From NCBI GenBank assembly GCA_977017645.1, contig OZ360233.1:21328001-21392000 (forward strand): a DNA stretch of 64,000 bases, read 5' to 3'. The stretch is from Torpedo marmorata. Taxonomy: Eukaryota. The position numbers and the translations under genes were made by a program. Shown piece by piece: positions 1 to 9,668 of this stretch. Within the stretch, counting starts at the first letter, position 1, and the number at the start of each line of letters is the position of its first letter. Below the pieces are notes generated by a model. That model saw nothing but the letters and a program-made list of their open reading frames with translations, was not told where the DNA came from and did no database searches.

Positions 1-439
1 CTACTTCCGTAATGCATGGTTCATGGTTCAAAAAATCAAAACCATCCTAACGTCCCTCACATCACTTTGCTTGTAGTTCCCCTCATCCTTCTCCAAGATT
101 CAAGACCACTCTCTCACTCACGCATGTACAAATGAATGAGAAAATCTGGCGACACCTGACAAATGATTTATGTTATGTCAATAATATCCTTTGTGTAGTT
201 GTCGGATAAATGTTAAAGTAATGATATCAAGATGGTCAACACAAGTGCAAATAGTCATAAAATACGTCCATTTGACTTACGGTGGCAGGACATATCGGGT
301 GCAAAGAGAAGGAAGCAGTTGATTGTTATAAAGACATAGAATCCAACGGCAGGGTAACGGTTATTTTGACCCACTGCTTCTGAGTCTGCGCCGATGTACA
401 TCCAAATTATTTACAGTAATCTTGTTTTATTCTCCGCCA

Positions 440-2790
440 TTATCCTCTGCTTTCTTCCATGAAGCCAATTTTCAATCCATTCTCCAATCGCACCTTGGAT
501 CCCATGTGATGTAAACTTCCAGAGCAGCCTGTCATGCGGAGACTTGCTGACGTCCATATATACAGCATATCTACCCTCGGAATCTTCCTGGTCACATCTT
601 CAAAAAACGCATTCAGATTCGATAAGCATGGCCTTCCACTTGCAAAACCGTACTGTCTATCCCGAATCAACCTTTGCCCATTCAAGTACATTAGTGTACT
701 GTCCAACAAATTACCAAACTCAGATGTGAGGCTGCCTGGCCTGCAGTTTCCAGTCTTTGTCCTGAATATGGGCATAACATCTACCACCCTCCAGTCTTCT
801 GGCACATTATCTGTACTTAATGACGACTCAAAAATCTCAACCAAACCACCTGTAATTTCCTTCCTGACCTTACTTCAGTGTCATTGGATATATGGTATCA
901 GTCTCAGGAGATCTGTCTACCATCACACGCATCAGGACATTCAGCACCAACTCCACTGCAATACGGACTGTTGTGAAGAAACAGCCTTTCACTGCCACAA
1001 TTCGCCAGTCCTCATATCTTTCCCCACAGTAAAAACAGAGTATTACTCATTCAGCTCTTTGCCCAACTCCTACGTCTCCACACAAAGTTGAACGTATAGA
1101 TTCCTGGGGGGGGGCATTTTTCTCTGATTACCATTTATCCTTTTGTGTACTTAAAATCTCTTGGGATTGTCCTCAATATTATCTTCCAGATCTACCTTTT
1201 GTTCCCTCTTTGCCCTCCTGATTTCTTTTCTTAGCTTGGCTCTCTGTTCCCGAAACTTCTTCGGGTATACGCTTGCTCCCAACGGCCAATACTTATCACA
1301 TGGCTCCGTCTTGCTCTTCAACGGAGCCTGAATTTCCCTTGTCATTCAAGCATCCCTGGGCTTGACACTTCACGCTAACAGGATAATAAATGCCCTAGAT
1401 TATTGTCAACACACATTTTAAAACTTAGCATTTTCCTAACATTCCTATTCCTTCAAGCAAATGTTACAATTACAAGTACTTGTCTTCTATCTCCAACGTT
1501 GGCCTTGCACCAATTCCGAATTGTACCTCGTGAGCTTGCCCTGTCTCTCTCCATAACTATTTTAAACCTAATATACAAATGGTAGCTTTTCCCCAAAGAC
1601 TCATACACTTCATCCACTTGTCTTTCCCAATTTCCCAAGACTCGGTCAAGTGTTGCCCTCCCCATTGTGACACCCTCTTCATATTTCCAGAGGAAATTGT
1701 CCATAACACATTTCACATATTCCATCCTGATCAAACCTTTCGCACTATGACTTTCCTAGTCAATATCCCAGATGACAATCTCATTTGACAGACTGCTGAC
1801 GACAATCTCCAGACGTATTTGCTCCTCTTTTCCCTGCATATTATTTGGGTGCCGATAGTACACTCCCATCAAAGTGACAGCGCCTTTCATATTCCTCTGC
1901 TCCACCCGCGGACCCATCTATAATGTAACCTCTGACCATGGCAGTGACATACCCCTTAACCAATAACTCAACAGCTCTTCTATTTTAGTCCCATCTCTGA
2001 CTTTTATGAAGGATCTTTACCCTGGCTTGTTTAGCTGCCAATCTTGTCCCTCCCTTAACCAGGTTTCCCCACTGGCCACCACATCTCAGTCACGTGAGTT
2101 TATCTATCCGCTAGCTTCATCTGTGGACAAGACGATGAGAGGCAATGATCTGGTGGATTGCCGGAGGCTTTTTACCTAAGGCAGAAATGGTTGACACTAG
2201 GGGCATAGGTGCTTGGGCGTAAGTACAGGATGGATGTAAGCGGCAGGTCATTCACATAGAGAGTGGTGTGTGCATCCAATGCGCTGCCGGCAACGGTGGT
2301 TGAGCCAGGTACTATGGAGCTTTCAGGAGACTATTATATAGGTACTTGGAACTGATAAAAATGGAGGGTTATGCGTTTGCGATTCTAGGCAGTGGTTAGA
2401 GGAGGTCAGCACAACATGTGGGCTGAAGGGCCTGTACTGCACTGTATGTTTCTGTGTTCTGTGTTCATCTTACTGACAAACCTCTACCATTACATTAGGC
2501 GCAATTTAAACCAATATTCCTTCCTCTCTCCCGGCATATCTCCTCCCCACTAAACGTTTTCTCATCACCCTCTGTATGCACTTCTAAGCTTTGACCTGCC
2601 TATGTCGCGCGTAGGATCCCAACTCCCTGTTAATCCAGTTTAAACCCACCGGTGAAGCACAGGCGAACCTACGTGCCAGGATGCGGGCGCTTCTCTCGTT
2701 TAAGTGCAACGCGTCCCTCATGAACAGGTCGTCTCTCCTGCAGAAGAGATCACAATGAACCAAAATTGTGTGCGGAAAGCACAGAACTCG
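440..2790 (-). mobile_element. Degenerate CR1-clade LINE (ORF1 end, endonuclease and RT fragments), interrupted by a + strand CR1 3' end at ~2126-2465
   Basis: ORF fragments VPEDWRVVDVMPIF...RPGSLTS...QYGFASGRPCLSNL (CR1 RT), ATLDRVLGN (endonuclease) and RDALHLN...ILARRFA (CR1 ORF1 esterase-like C-terminus); many stops and frameshifts; boundaries approximate. Confidence 0.75.
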
Positions 2791-3006
2791 GGAGAACACA
2801 AGGGGCACAGGAATTAAGTGCATACTACATGGAGATGACAACAGAGGTCAGGATTTAACCTGATATATGTTTCTGGAATTAAAGCAGATGGAATATCAAA
2901 AGGTGCCCAAAGCGCAAAGGAGGTCAGGGAATCAACGTTATCACCGAATGTTGATGGTTATTTTCCCGTGGCAAGATATAATATTGCAACACCAATTACC
3001 TAATAA

Positions 3007-3057
3007 CTTATGCCACACCTATCATTTGGTAGTGGCATAAACTCATGCTGGAATCTA
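3007..3057 (+). pseudogene. Decayed TCR J pseudosegment
   Basis: TTT GGT AGT GGC A-T AAA CTC ATG CTG GAA TCT A|ATAAAT aligns with the J at 5822 (TTT GGA AGC GGC ACT AAA CTC ATC GTG GAG CCA A|GTAAGT); 1-nt deletion after FGSG, donor GT>AT, no recognisable RSS. Confidence 0.65.
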
Positions 3058-3649
3058 ATAAATCCAGTTGCATCCATTGATTGGAAGGAAAACGGTGACT
3101 TCCTCTTCGAGTGCATATGTAAGATGCTTCTGTGTTAAAGCAAGTTTTTTTAACAGTGCGAAGTTTTAAGGGGTTGGAATGAGCATGCTGGTAGTTACTG
3201 CACAGGAAATGACAATTGGAAACTTGACATACAGCGTTGTCTTCACGTATCATGCAATATGAAAGGGGTTTCTTCGGCCCGTCTTCTTCATGTCAGTTCT
3301 AAATAAGGACCGTCCATCTATCGTCCACTCGCTACACTTTAGTTTTCAATTATTATCGATTCGGGTGTGGCTTGCATTGATGAGAAAGATAGCCGCATGT
3401 AACTAATACCAGAAGAAACACAACATTAACATGCCAAATAGAAATAACTGCAGGAGACGGCTCCACATAAAACTTTTCCCTCACTCGTCAAAGGTATTTA
3501 CGATTAAGGCGACGTTATCAGTCAGAGAAAGGTCCATTGTGATGCACTTGCTTACTCCGAGTTGTCCCACTGACCATAAGCATATAAAATGTTCTGCAAC
3601 AGATGTTTTCGTTTAATGGCTTCAATATTGGCCTGTTCATCAACTGGTG

Positions 3650-3677
3650 GGATTGTGCCTGAGCCGTTGTCACTGTA
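3650..3677 (+). promoter_or_regulatory. 12-spacer recombination signal sequence, defective heptamer
   Basis: Nonamer GGATTGTGC (3650-3658), 12-bp spacer, heptamer CACTGTA (3671-3677); the coding-flank G of CACTGTG is A. Confidence 0.7.
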
Positions 3678-3724
3678 CTATGAAATAACGTTCGGCGGCA
3701 GGTCCCAGATGACAGTATTACCAA
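3678..3724 (+). other. TRDJ: TCR delta J segment, non-canonical (YEITFGGRSQMTVLP)
   Basis: Follows a 12-RSS; FGGR instead of FGxG; phase-1 end followed by GTAAGT donor at 3725. Confidence 0.75.
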
Positions 3725-3849
3725 GTAAGTGAGTGATTCCTCTCCTGGTGATAGACGCCATTGTTTGTTCACTGTTATCTGGTCAATGTTGCCACTCGCC
3801 TAAAAAGGGAGGTCATGGCTTCAAAGTGAGGGTTGATTTAATAGGGTAA

Positions 3850-3950
3850 AAAACACAAAAGCTGGAGAACTCAGCAGGTCAAACAGTGTCTTTTATGTAG
3901 CAAAGGTAGAAATACATAACCGACCTTTCGGGCTTGAGCCCTTCATCAAA
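3850..3950 (-). repeat. Short interspersed repeat (Penelope-like terminal sequence) with a hammerhead-like core
   Basis: Minus strand reads TTGATGA-A-GGGCT-CA-AGCCC-GAAAGGTC; related copies at ~30642-30740 (+), ~27000-27110 and ~62199-62226 (+). Confidence 0.45.
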
Positions 3951-4009
3951 GTAATAGGGAACTGATGGGCACTCTTTCACTCCAACTGTGGTTTGAACGA
4001 AATGTCAGA

Positions 4010-4590
4010 GGTAATGCGAGGGGCGGGTAAATCTGCAAATTTTAAAAGACATTCTGGCAAGAACATGGATAGTAAAATATATCGTCAAAAGCAAGAAAGA
4101 TGTGAATAAAATTGAAAGACTGTAGATGTTGCCGGGAATTGAAGAAATTAGTTCCAGGGAACGATAACAGGTCAGGAATTTATTACCTGAAATGTGGAAG
4201 ATTGAGGGGAGAATTGATAGTGGCATAATGAATTGTGCTGGGTATAGATAAAGTAATTAAAAGCAGGCTTTTTTTCCACTGAGGTTAAGTGAAATGAAAA
4301 CCAGATGACATGCGTGAAGAGTGAAAGCGAAAATGTTTAAAGGGCATATTGGGGGGAAACCTCTTCACGCTCAGAGTAGAGGGATTGTGGAACGAACTGC
4401 CAGCTAATTGTTGGATGTCAGCTCAATTTTGACAATTAAGAAAGATTAGGACAGTTACATGGATGGGAGGTATGGACTGATATGTTCACGGGACAGGTCA
4501 GTAGGAATAGGCAGAATAAATAGTTCGGCGCAGACTAAACGGCCGAAGGGCCTGTTTCTGTGCTGTAGTGTTTTAAGGCTCTGTGGTTCA
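4010..4590 (+). mobile_element. CR1 LINE 3' fragment
   Basis: Resembles the CR1 3' ends at 19700-20183 and 54900-55560 (…tggaacgaactgccagct…gggcctgtttctgtgctgta). Confidence 0.7.
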
Positions 4591-5494
4591 ATCAGAACAA
4601 CTACCTTTTATACTTCAAAGAAGTTTTGGATAAGGGGAAAATTCGAAAATTCAAATAAAAACATAAATAATTGAATCAAAATGGAGAAGGCGTTGCTGAC
4701 AATATCCGAACCAGTAGAGACAGCATATACAAACGCAAGATCGACCTAGATTCAAATCAGGGACGCTGATGCAAATATGAAATTGGAAGCATTGTTGAGA
4801 CGTTGATTTCATCAGTACAGACACAGGCCCGTCTCAGAAACTTTCCATTGCTAAGTTGTCTATCTCAACTAGTCTTATTTAGCTGCATTTGCCACGTAAC
4901 ACTCCAAATATTACCTGTCCATGTACCTATCTTTTAAGGGTGGGGTCACGCCAGGAGCAACGCAGATAGACGCAGATACAGCATGGAACAGACCCTTCGG
5001 CTCAAGTTGGCATTCTGGGCTCGTCTCATTTGTCTGCATTGGGTCTATATTATTTTTAACCCTTCCAATCCATATTTCCTGTGTCTTTTGACCGTCGAAA
5101 TTCAGCGGCTGTTGGAGCTTCCTTTGGCAGTTTGTTGAAGATACGGGCCACTCGATGAATGAAAAGGTTGTTCCTCAGTTCCCTCCAAAATCTTTCCTCT
5201 CTCACCTTAAATCTATGCTCTCCTGTTCTGTAACCATCTACTATGGGAAATAGACTGAGCATTAACTCTATCCATGTCCCTCGCCCTGTAAATTGCCGGA
5301 ACATCTGCCCTGTCCCACCTCACATTATCGAGCAGGCTCCCTCCCGAATATTGACTGCATTCCTTTGACATTGTGGAGCTGATAAAACTGTCAATTACCT
5401 TTTTGAAGGAACTGGGGTTATGTGTGATGGTGGAAAAAGACTGTGAGCGGCATGTTCCTATTGCTTTCATAACACGTTACCTCAAAATTTAATT

Positions 5495-5735
5495 TTAGAC
5501 ATAGACATACAGCACGGTTTCATGCCCTTCTGGCCCACGAGCCCGTGCTACCCAATAACACCAAATTAACCTACAACCCTCGTACGTTTTTAACGGGTGG
5601 GAGGAAACCGGAGCACCCGGAGGAAACCCGCGCAGACACGGGGAGAACCTACAAACTCCTTGCAGACAGCGCTGAATTCGAACCCGGGTCGCGGTCGCTG
5701 TAATAGTGTTGAGCTAACTGCTACACTAACCGTGT
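5495..5735 (-). mobile_element. tRNA-derived SINE
   Basis: Reverse complement of the SINE at 63055-63310, with a B-box-like GGTTCGAAT and body ctccccgtgtctgcgcgggtttcctccgggtgctccggtttcctcccac. Confidence 0.8.
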
Positions 5736-5793
5736 CATGCATGTCAACGACTTGCTAAGCAAACACTGACAGATCTCTTCGTGTGGTAAGGGC

Positions 5794-5821
5794 TGTATTT
5801 GTAGCACCTGATACCACCGTG
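5794..5821 (+). promoter_or_regulatory. 12-spacer recombination signal sequence
   Basis: Nonamer TGTATTTGT (5794-5802), spacer AGCACCTGATAC (12 bp), heptamer CACCGTG (5815-5821). Confidence 0.9.
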
Positions 5822-5872
5822 CTTATGAGAAGCTTCTGTTTGGAAGCGGCACTAAACTCATCGTGGAGCCAA
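5822..5872 (+). other. TRDJ: TCR delta J segment, functional (YEKLLFGSGTKLIVEP)
   Basis: Canonical FGxGTxLxV motif, 12-RSS directly 5', phase-1 end and GTAAGT donor at 5873. Confidence 0.92.
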
Positions 5873-6472
5873 GTAAGTCGTCTTCCTTCGATTTTCATAT
5901 GCTTATAGACATAACAATCGTTATTTGCTGTCACATTTACACGCGAATTGTTTATGTGATATGAGATCGTGTTTGTGAACGTGAGTATAAGTATAGGGGT
6001 GAAAATGGGGTGAGGTTGAGGGTAACGATGTAGTTTGTTAGGAGAGCATTGTGTTAATATGGCCACGTCCACCTGCGGAACAAATGTTGTCCTCTTGAAA
6101 TCTGACTGCCTGTTGGGTGGTTGTTCAGCCCGTCGTGGTGATAACGGCCCCATGTGAGAGCCATCGATTTTTACCCTGATTCTCCCTCCTCCACGCTGAC
6201 TCAATTGGTTGTAATCAATTTATTCCAAGTGAACCTTAGCTCCATTCCGTTAAAAATTCCAAGACATGTTGCATTCCTACTGAAGGCAGCAGCAAATGGT
6301 TCCTCAACAATGTATTTTGCATCACTCACAAAGATTAAGTATTTGGATGCAAACTTACTGAGGAACAAATGGGTTGTTGCTTTATTTCGGATGAACATTC
6401 ACTGGGTGATTGCATCAGCCACACGATGACCAAAGCTTTCTCCAGCCCAGGAGGCTGTCTGAACTAGCAGGA

Positions 6473-6515
6473 GGTTTGTGTCTGGGATGTTTTTAGCGTG
6501 AGATATTATACCGTG
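6473..6515 (+). promoter_or_regulatory. Two overlapping candidate 12-RSSs
   Basis: RSS-a: GGTTTGTGT (6473-6481) + 12 bp + TAGCGTG (6494-6500). RSS-b: TGTTTTTAG (6488-6496) + 12 bp + TACCGTG (6509-6515). Confidence 0.7.
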
Positions 6516-6558
6516 AAACTATCATTCGGCAGCGGGACCCAGCTGACAGTTGTGCCAG
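6501..6558 (+). other. TRDJ: TCR delta J segment, functional (RYYTVKLSFGSGTQLTVVP)
   Basis: Canonical FGxGTxLxV motif, phase-1 end CCA G, GTAAGT donor at 6559, 12-RSS upstream. Confidence 0.92.
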
Positions 6559-8179
6559 GTAAGTGTGAGTTTCCTCTTCTTCTGATTGGTGTTGCTTTTT
6601 TATTGCCAGAGATTTCAGGTGGCGGTTGAAATGAATTCAAATGTGTTTTGTGCAAAGAGCAACTCAATAGAGGCAGCCGCACGGCTCATTTTGTCACTGC
6701 ATTAAGCAACAACAGAAAACTGCCTGCGGAACTCATGTTCTCAGAAAACATCCAGGGAGGGAAATGGACACAATATTTCGGGTGCAAACTATGATTCAGC
6801 ACAGTGGGAGGGTTTCGACTAGAAACGTGGACTTTCCATTTCCCTCTGTGGATACAGCCTGACGCGTTCAATTCCTCCTGCAGTTTCTTATTGCTCTACG
6901 TTCCAGCATCTAAAATCTAATGTGTCTGACACTTCATGGGGTTTGAAAGTCCAGCTCTCAGTACAGTTGCGCAAATGGTAGAGATGCTGCCTCGTATGTC
7001 CAGTGACTCAGGCTCAATCCAGACCTCAGGTGATATTTGTTTTGAGTTTGCACACGCTCAATCTTCCTTCGTGAGATTACTGAGAGGCCTCCAAAGAGGT
7101 GAGGGATAGCAGGTTACAATTAAATGGCCCTAGAGTTAGAATCTGTGGCTAATCGATTGCAATATAGGGAATACCATGCAGGAAGGGAAGAGTAGTGTGA
7201 ATGACATTTTGTTGGTCGGCAGGGAATGGTTGGGCTTCTTAATGCTATGAAAGGACAACAAAATACAGAATAACGTCACCGTGAGCTGCTCTACGTCGTC
7301 CCGCATCTCGTAGATTTTTATGGAGTTCTTAGAATTCTACAAGATGGAAACATGCCCTTCGCCCCAACTCGTCCTTGCCGGCCGATTTGCCTGTCTAAAC
7401 TGGTCTCATTTATTTGCGTTCGGCCCATATCCCTCTGGATCTTTCCCGACCAAGTTGCCGTCTAAATATATGTTCAACGTTACAATTGTCACCGCTTCCA
7501 CCAATTCCTATGACAACTCGTTCGATAAAGCCACCACGCTTTGGGTGAAGAAGGTTCGCCTCAGGTCCCTTTCAAATCTTTCCCTTCTTCTCTCTGGAAT
7601 TATATTCCCGTTTCCTGGAATATCCTTCGTAATTTTCGTCCTACTCTCATTTTATGTCATTAAATATAGCTCCAATTATCCACCACCAGTCGTAACTTAC
7701 TTCGGGAAAGTTACTATTCATTTGCTTTTAATGCCCTTCTGGATTATAACCACTCGTTATTTTATTCAGAAAATGGCATGGGGTACATTTAAGGATTGTT
7801 CTTAAGTATATTTTATTACCTGCCAGATTCCACAAATCAATAGGTCTTCTTATAAATTCTCATGAATTTTAAAGCGAAGTCAAACAAGTTGCAGTGAAGG
7901 TAATTTATTATTAAACACGCAATATGTCAGAAACATTAATAAAAAACGTTGAGAAATTTCAAGGGTTCCAGCAGCAGTTGTGGAGAGAGAAACAGAGTAG
8001 AGGTTTTACGGGGAAGAATTTTCATAATTAACTCTGAAGTATTCACGATCTGGAATAGGTTCATTGTTAGCTACTTGATACTCTTAATGCAGTGAACTTT
8101 TTTCCATTCCAAAAAAGAATACACAACGTGTAATAAAAAAGGGTAAACATTTACAGAGAAGGTTACTTTATAGTTGTAA

Positions 8180-9020
8180 ATTCACAGAGTTATAATGCAT
8201 TGAACAGGTCCTTCGGCTCAATTGGTCCATGCCCACCACGTTTCATACCCTCCGTTTGGCCCATACCTCTTTCAACGTTTCCTTTCCAAGTGCCTGTACA
8301 AGTGACACAATTGTAGCCCCAAACTTCTTTGGCAGCTCCTTCTACATACCCCCAGCATCTGTGGTCTTAATCTGCCCCACAGGTCTCCTTTGAATCTTCC
8401 TGTTCTCACTTTAAACCTGTGCCCTCCAGTTTTGTATTCCCGTGCAGTGGGAAAAAGACTGTGGCCATTCATCTTTATATGGTCCTTATGATTTTATATA
8501 CCATTTAAGGTCAGCAATCAGCCTCCGCCGCTCCCTGGAGAAAGATCCATGCCTATCAACCTTTCCGTATAACGCAGGCCCTCCAGTCACGGTAACATCA
8601 ACATAAATATTGTCTGCACTTTTATTAGCTTAATGACTTCCTTCCTACATCTGAACGACCAGAATTGCACACAATGCTCCAAATGTGGCCTTACCAACAT
8701 CTTTCACAGTTGGAATATGACTTTGCAACTCTTGCTCTCTGTGGTCTCACGAATGAAGGAAAATGTGCCAAATACCTTATACACATCCTTGTCTACCCGT
8801 GTTTCTAATTCCAGATCTCACTGTTCGACATCACTCTCCACGATCCTGACATCTACTGAAAAAGTGCTGCGCAAAAAATGAACTCCTCACAGTTATCTGA
8901 ACTAAATTCGATCTGCCTTTTTATACCCATTTCCCCAGACGATTCTTAACACGTAGCCTTCCTCACTGTCCACTATACCACCAATTCTGGAGTCAGTCCG
9001 AAAACCTATTAACCATGTCA
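8180..9020 (-). mobile_element. Degenerate CR1 LINE 3' fragment
   Basis: Minus-strand ORF SLFPTAREYKTGGHRFKVR… typical of the CR1 ORF2 C-terminus. Confidence 0.65.
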
Positions 9021-9269
9021 AAAACATTGGCCTCCATATTGTTTGATGCGGGATTATAGTTCTCAGGAGTTGGCTGCTTTGTTTACCCTCTTAAAATCAT
9101 AATGGATCCTTGAAATGGATGTTAGAAAAAGTGACGACTCCAATCCCCCTTCAATTTTTGAAATAGGACCAAAAAAGGCAGGGATCAACCGATGTTTAGC
9201 TTGACACAGGTGGCTGGTAAAACTGTTTGAATCTCCCATAGTAGCAATTGTGTTCAGACACTTTGGATA

Positions 9270-9668
9270 TAAATTTAGACGTACAGCACAGTAACCGGCC
9301 ATTTCGGCCCACGAGCCCGTGCCACCCAATTTACACTCCATTAACCTCCACCTCCGGTACGTTTTGAACGGTGGGAGGAAACCGGAGACCCCGGAGAAAA
9401 CCCACGCAGACACGGGGAGAACGTACATACTCCTTAGAGACAGCGCGGGATTCGCACACCTGTCCGGTCCAGATCGCTGGCGCTGTAAAGGCGTTGCGCG
9501 AACCGCAAGGAGTTGGCACGTTCTCCCGTGTCTGCGTGGATTTTTTCCGGGGTCTCCGGTTTTCTCCCACCGTTTGAAACGTACCGGGGTTTGTAGGTTA
9601 ATTGGGTGTAATTGGGCGGCACGGGCTCGTGGGCCGAAATGGCCTGTAACCGTGCTGTATGTCTAAAT
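9270..9668. mobile_element. Head-to-head pair of SINEs (- strand 9270-9506, + strand 9507-9668) forming an inverted repeat
   Basis: Left copy is the reverse complement of the right copy over ~160 bp; both 3' tails (…ctgta(t/c)gtctaaat) point outward. Confidence 0.85.

Noticed and set aside
1-3600. D-delta segments (5' 12-RSS, 3' 23-RSS)
   Set aside because: No paired heptamers around a short core were found by eye; they probably lie upstream of the window.
6800-6827. Perfect heptamer CACAGTG + 12 bp + CTAGAAACG as a D or V RSS
   Set aside because: The nonamer is only 5/9, the site lies in a decayed copy of the Penelope-like short repeat, and there is no partner RSS or coding segment.
7326-7620. 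STAT5-type sites TTCTTAGAA (7326) and TTCCTGGAA (7612)
   Set aside because: Short motifs expected by chance, separated by a CR1 remnant, with no supporting evidence.
7689-7735. VVTYFGKVTIHLL as another J segment
   Set aside because: No FGxG, no splice donor at the expected position and no RSS upstream.
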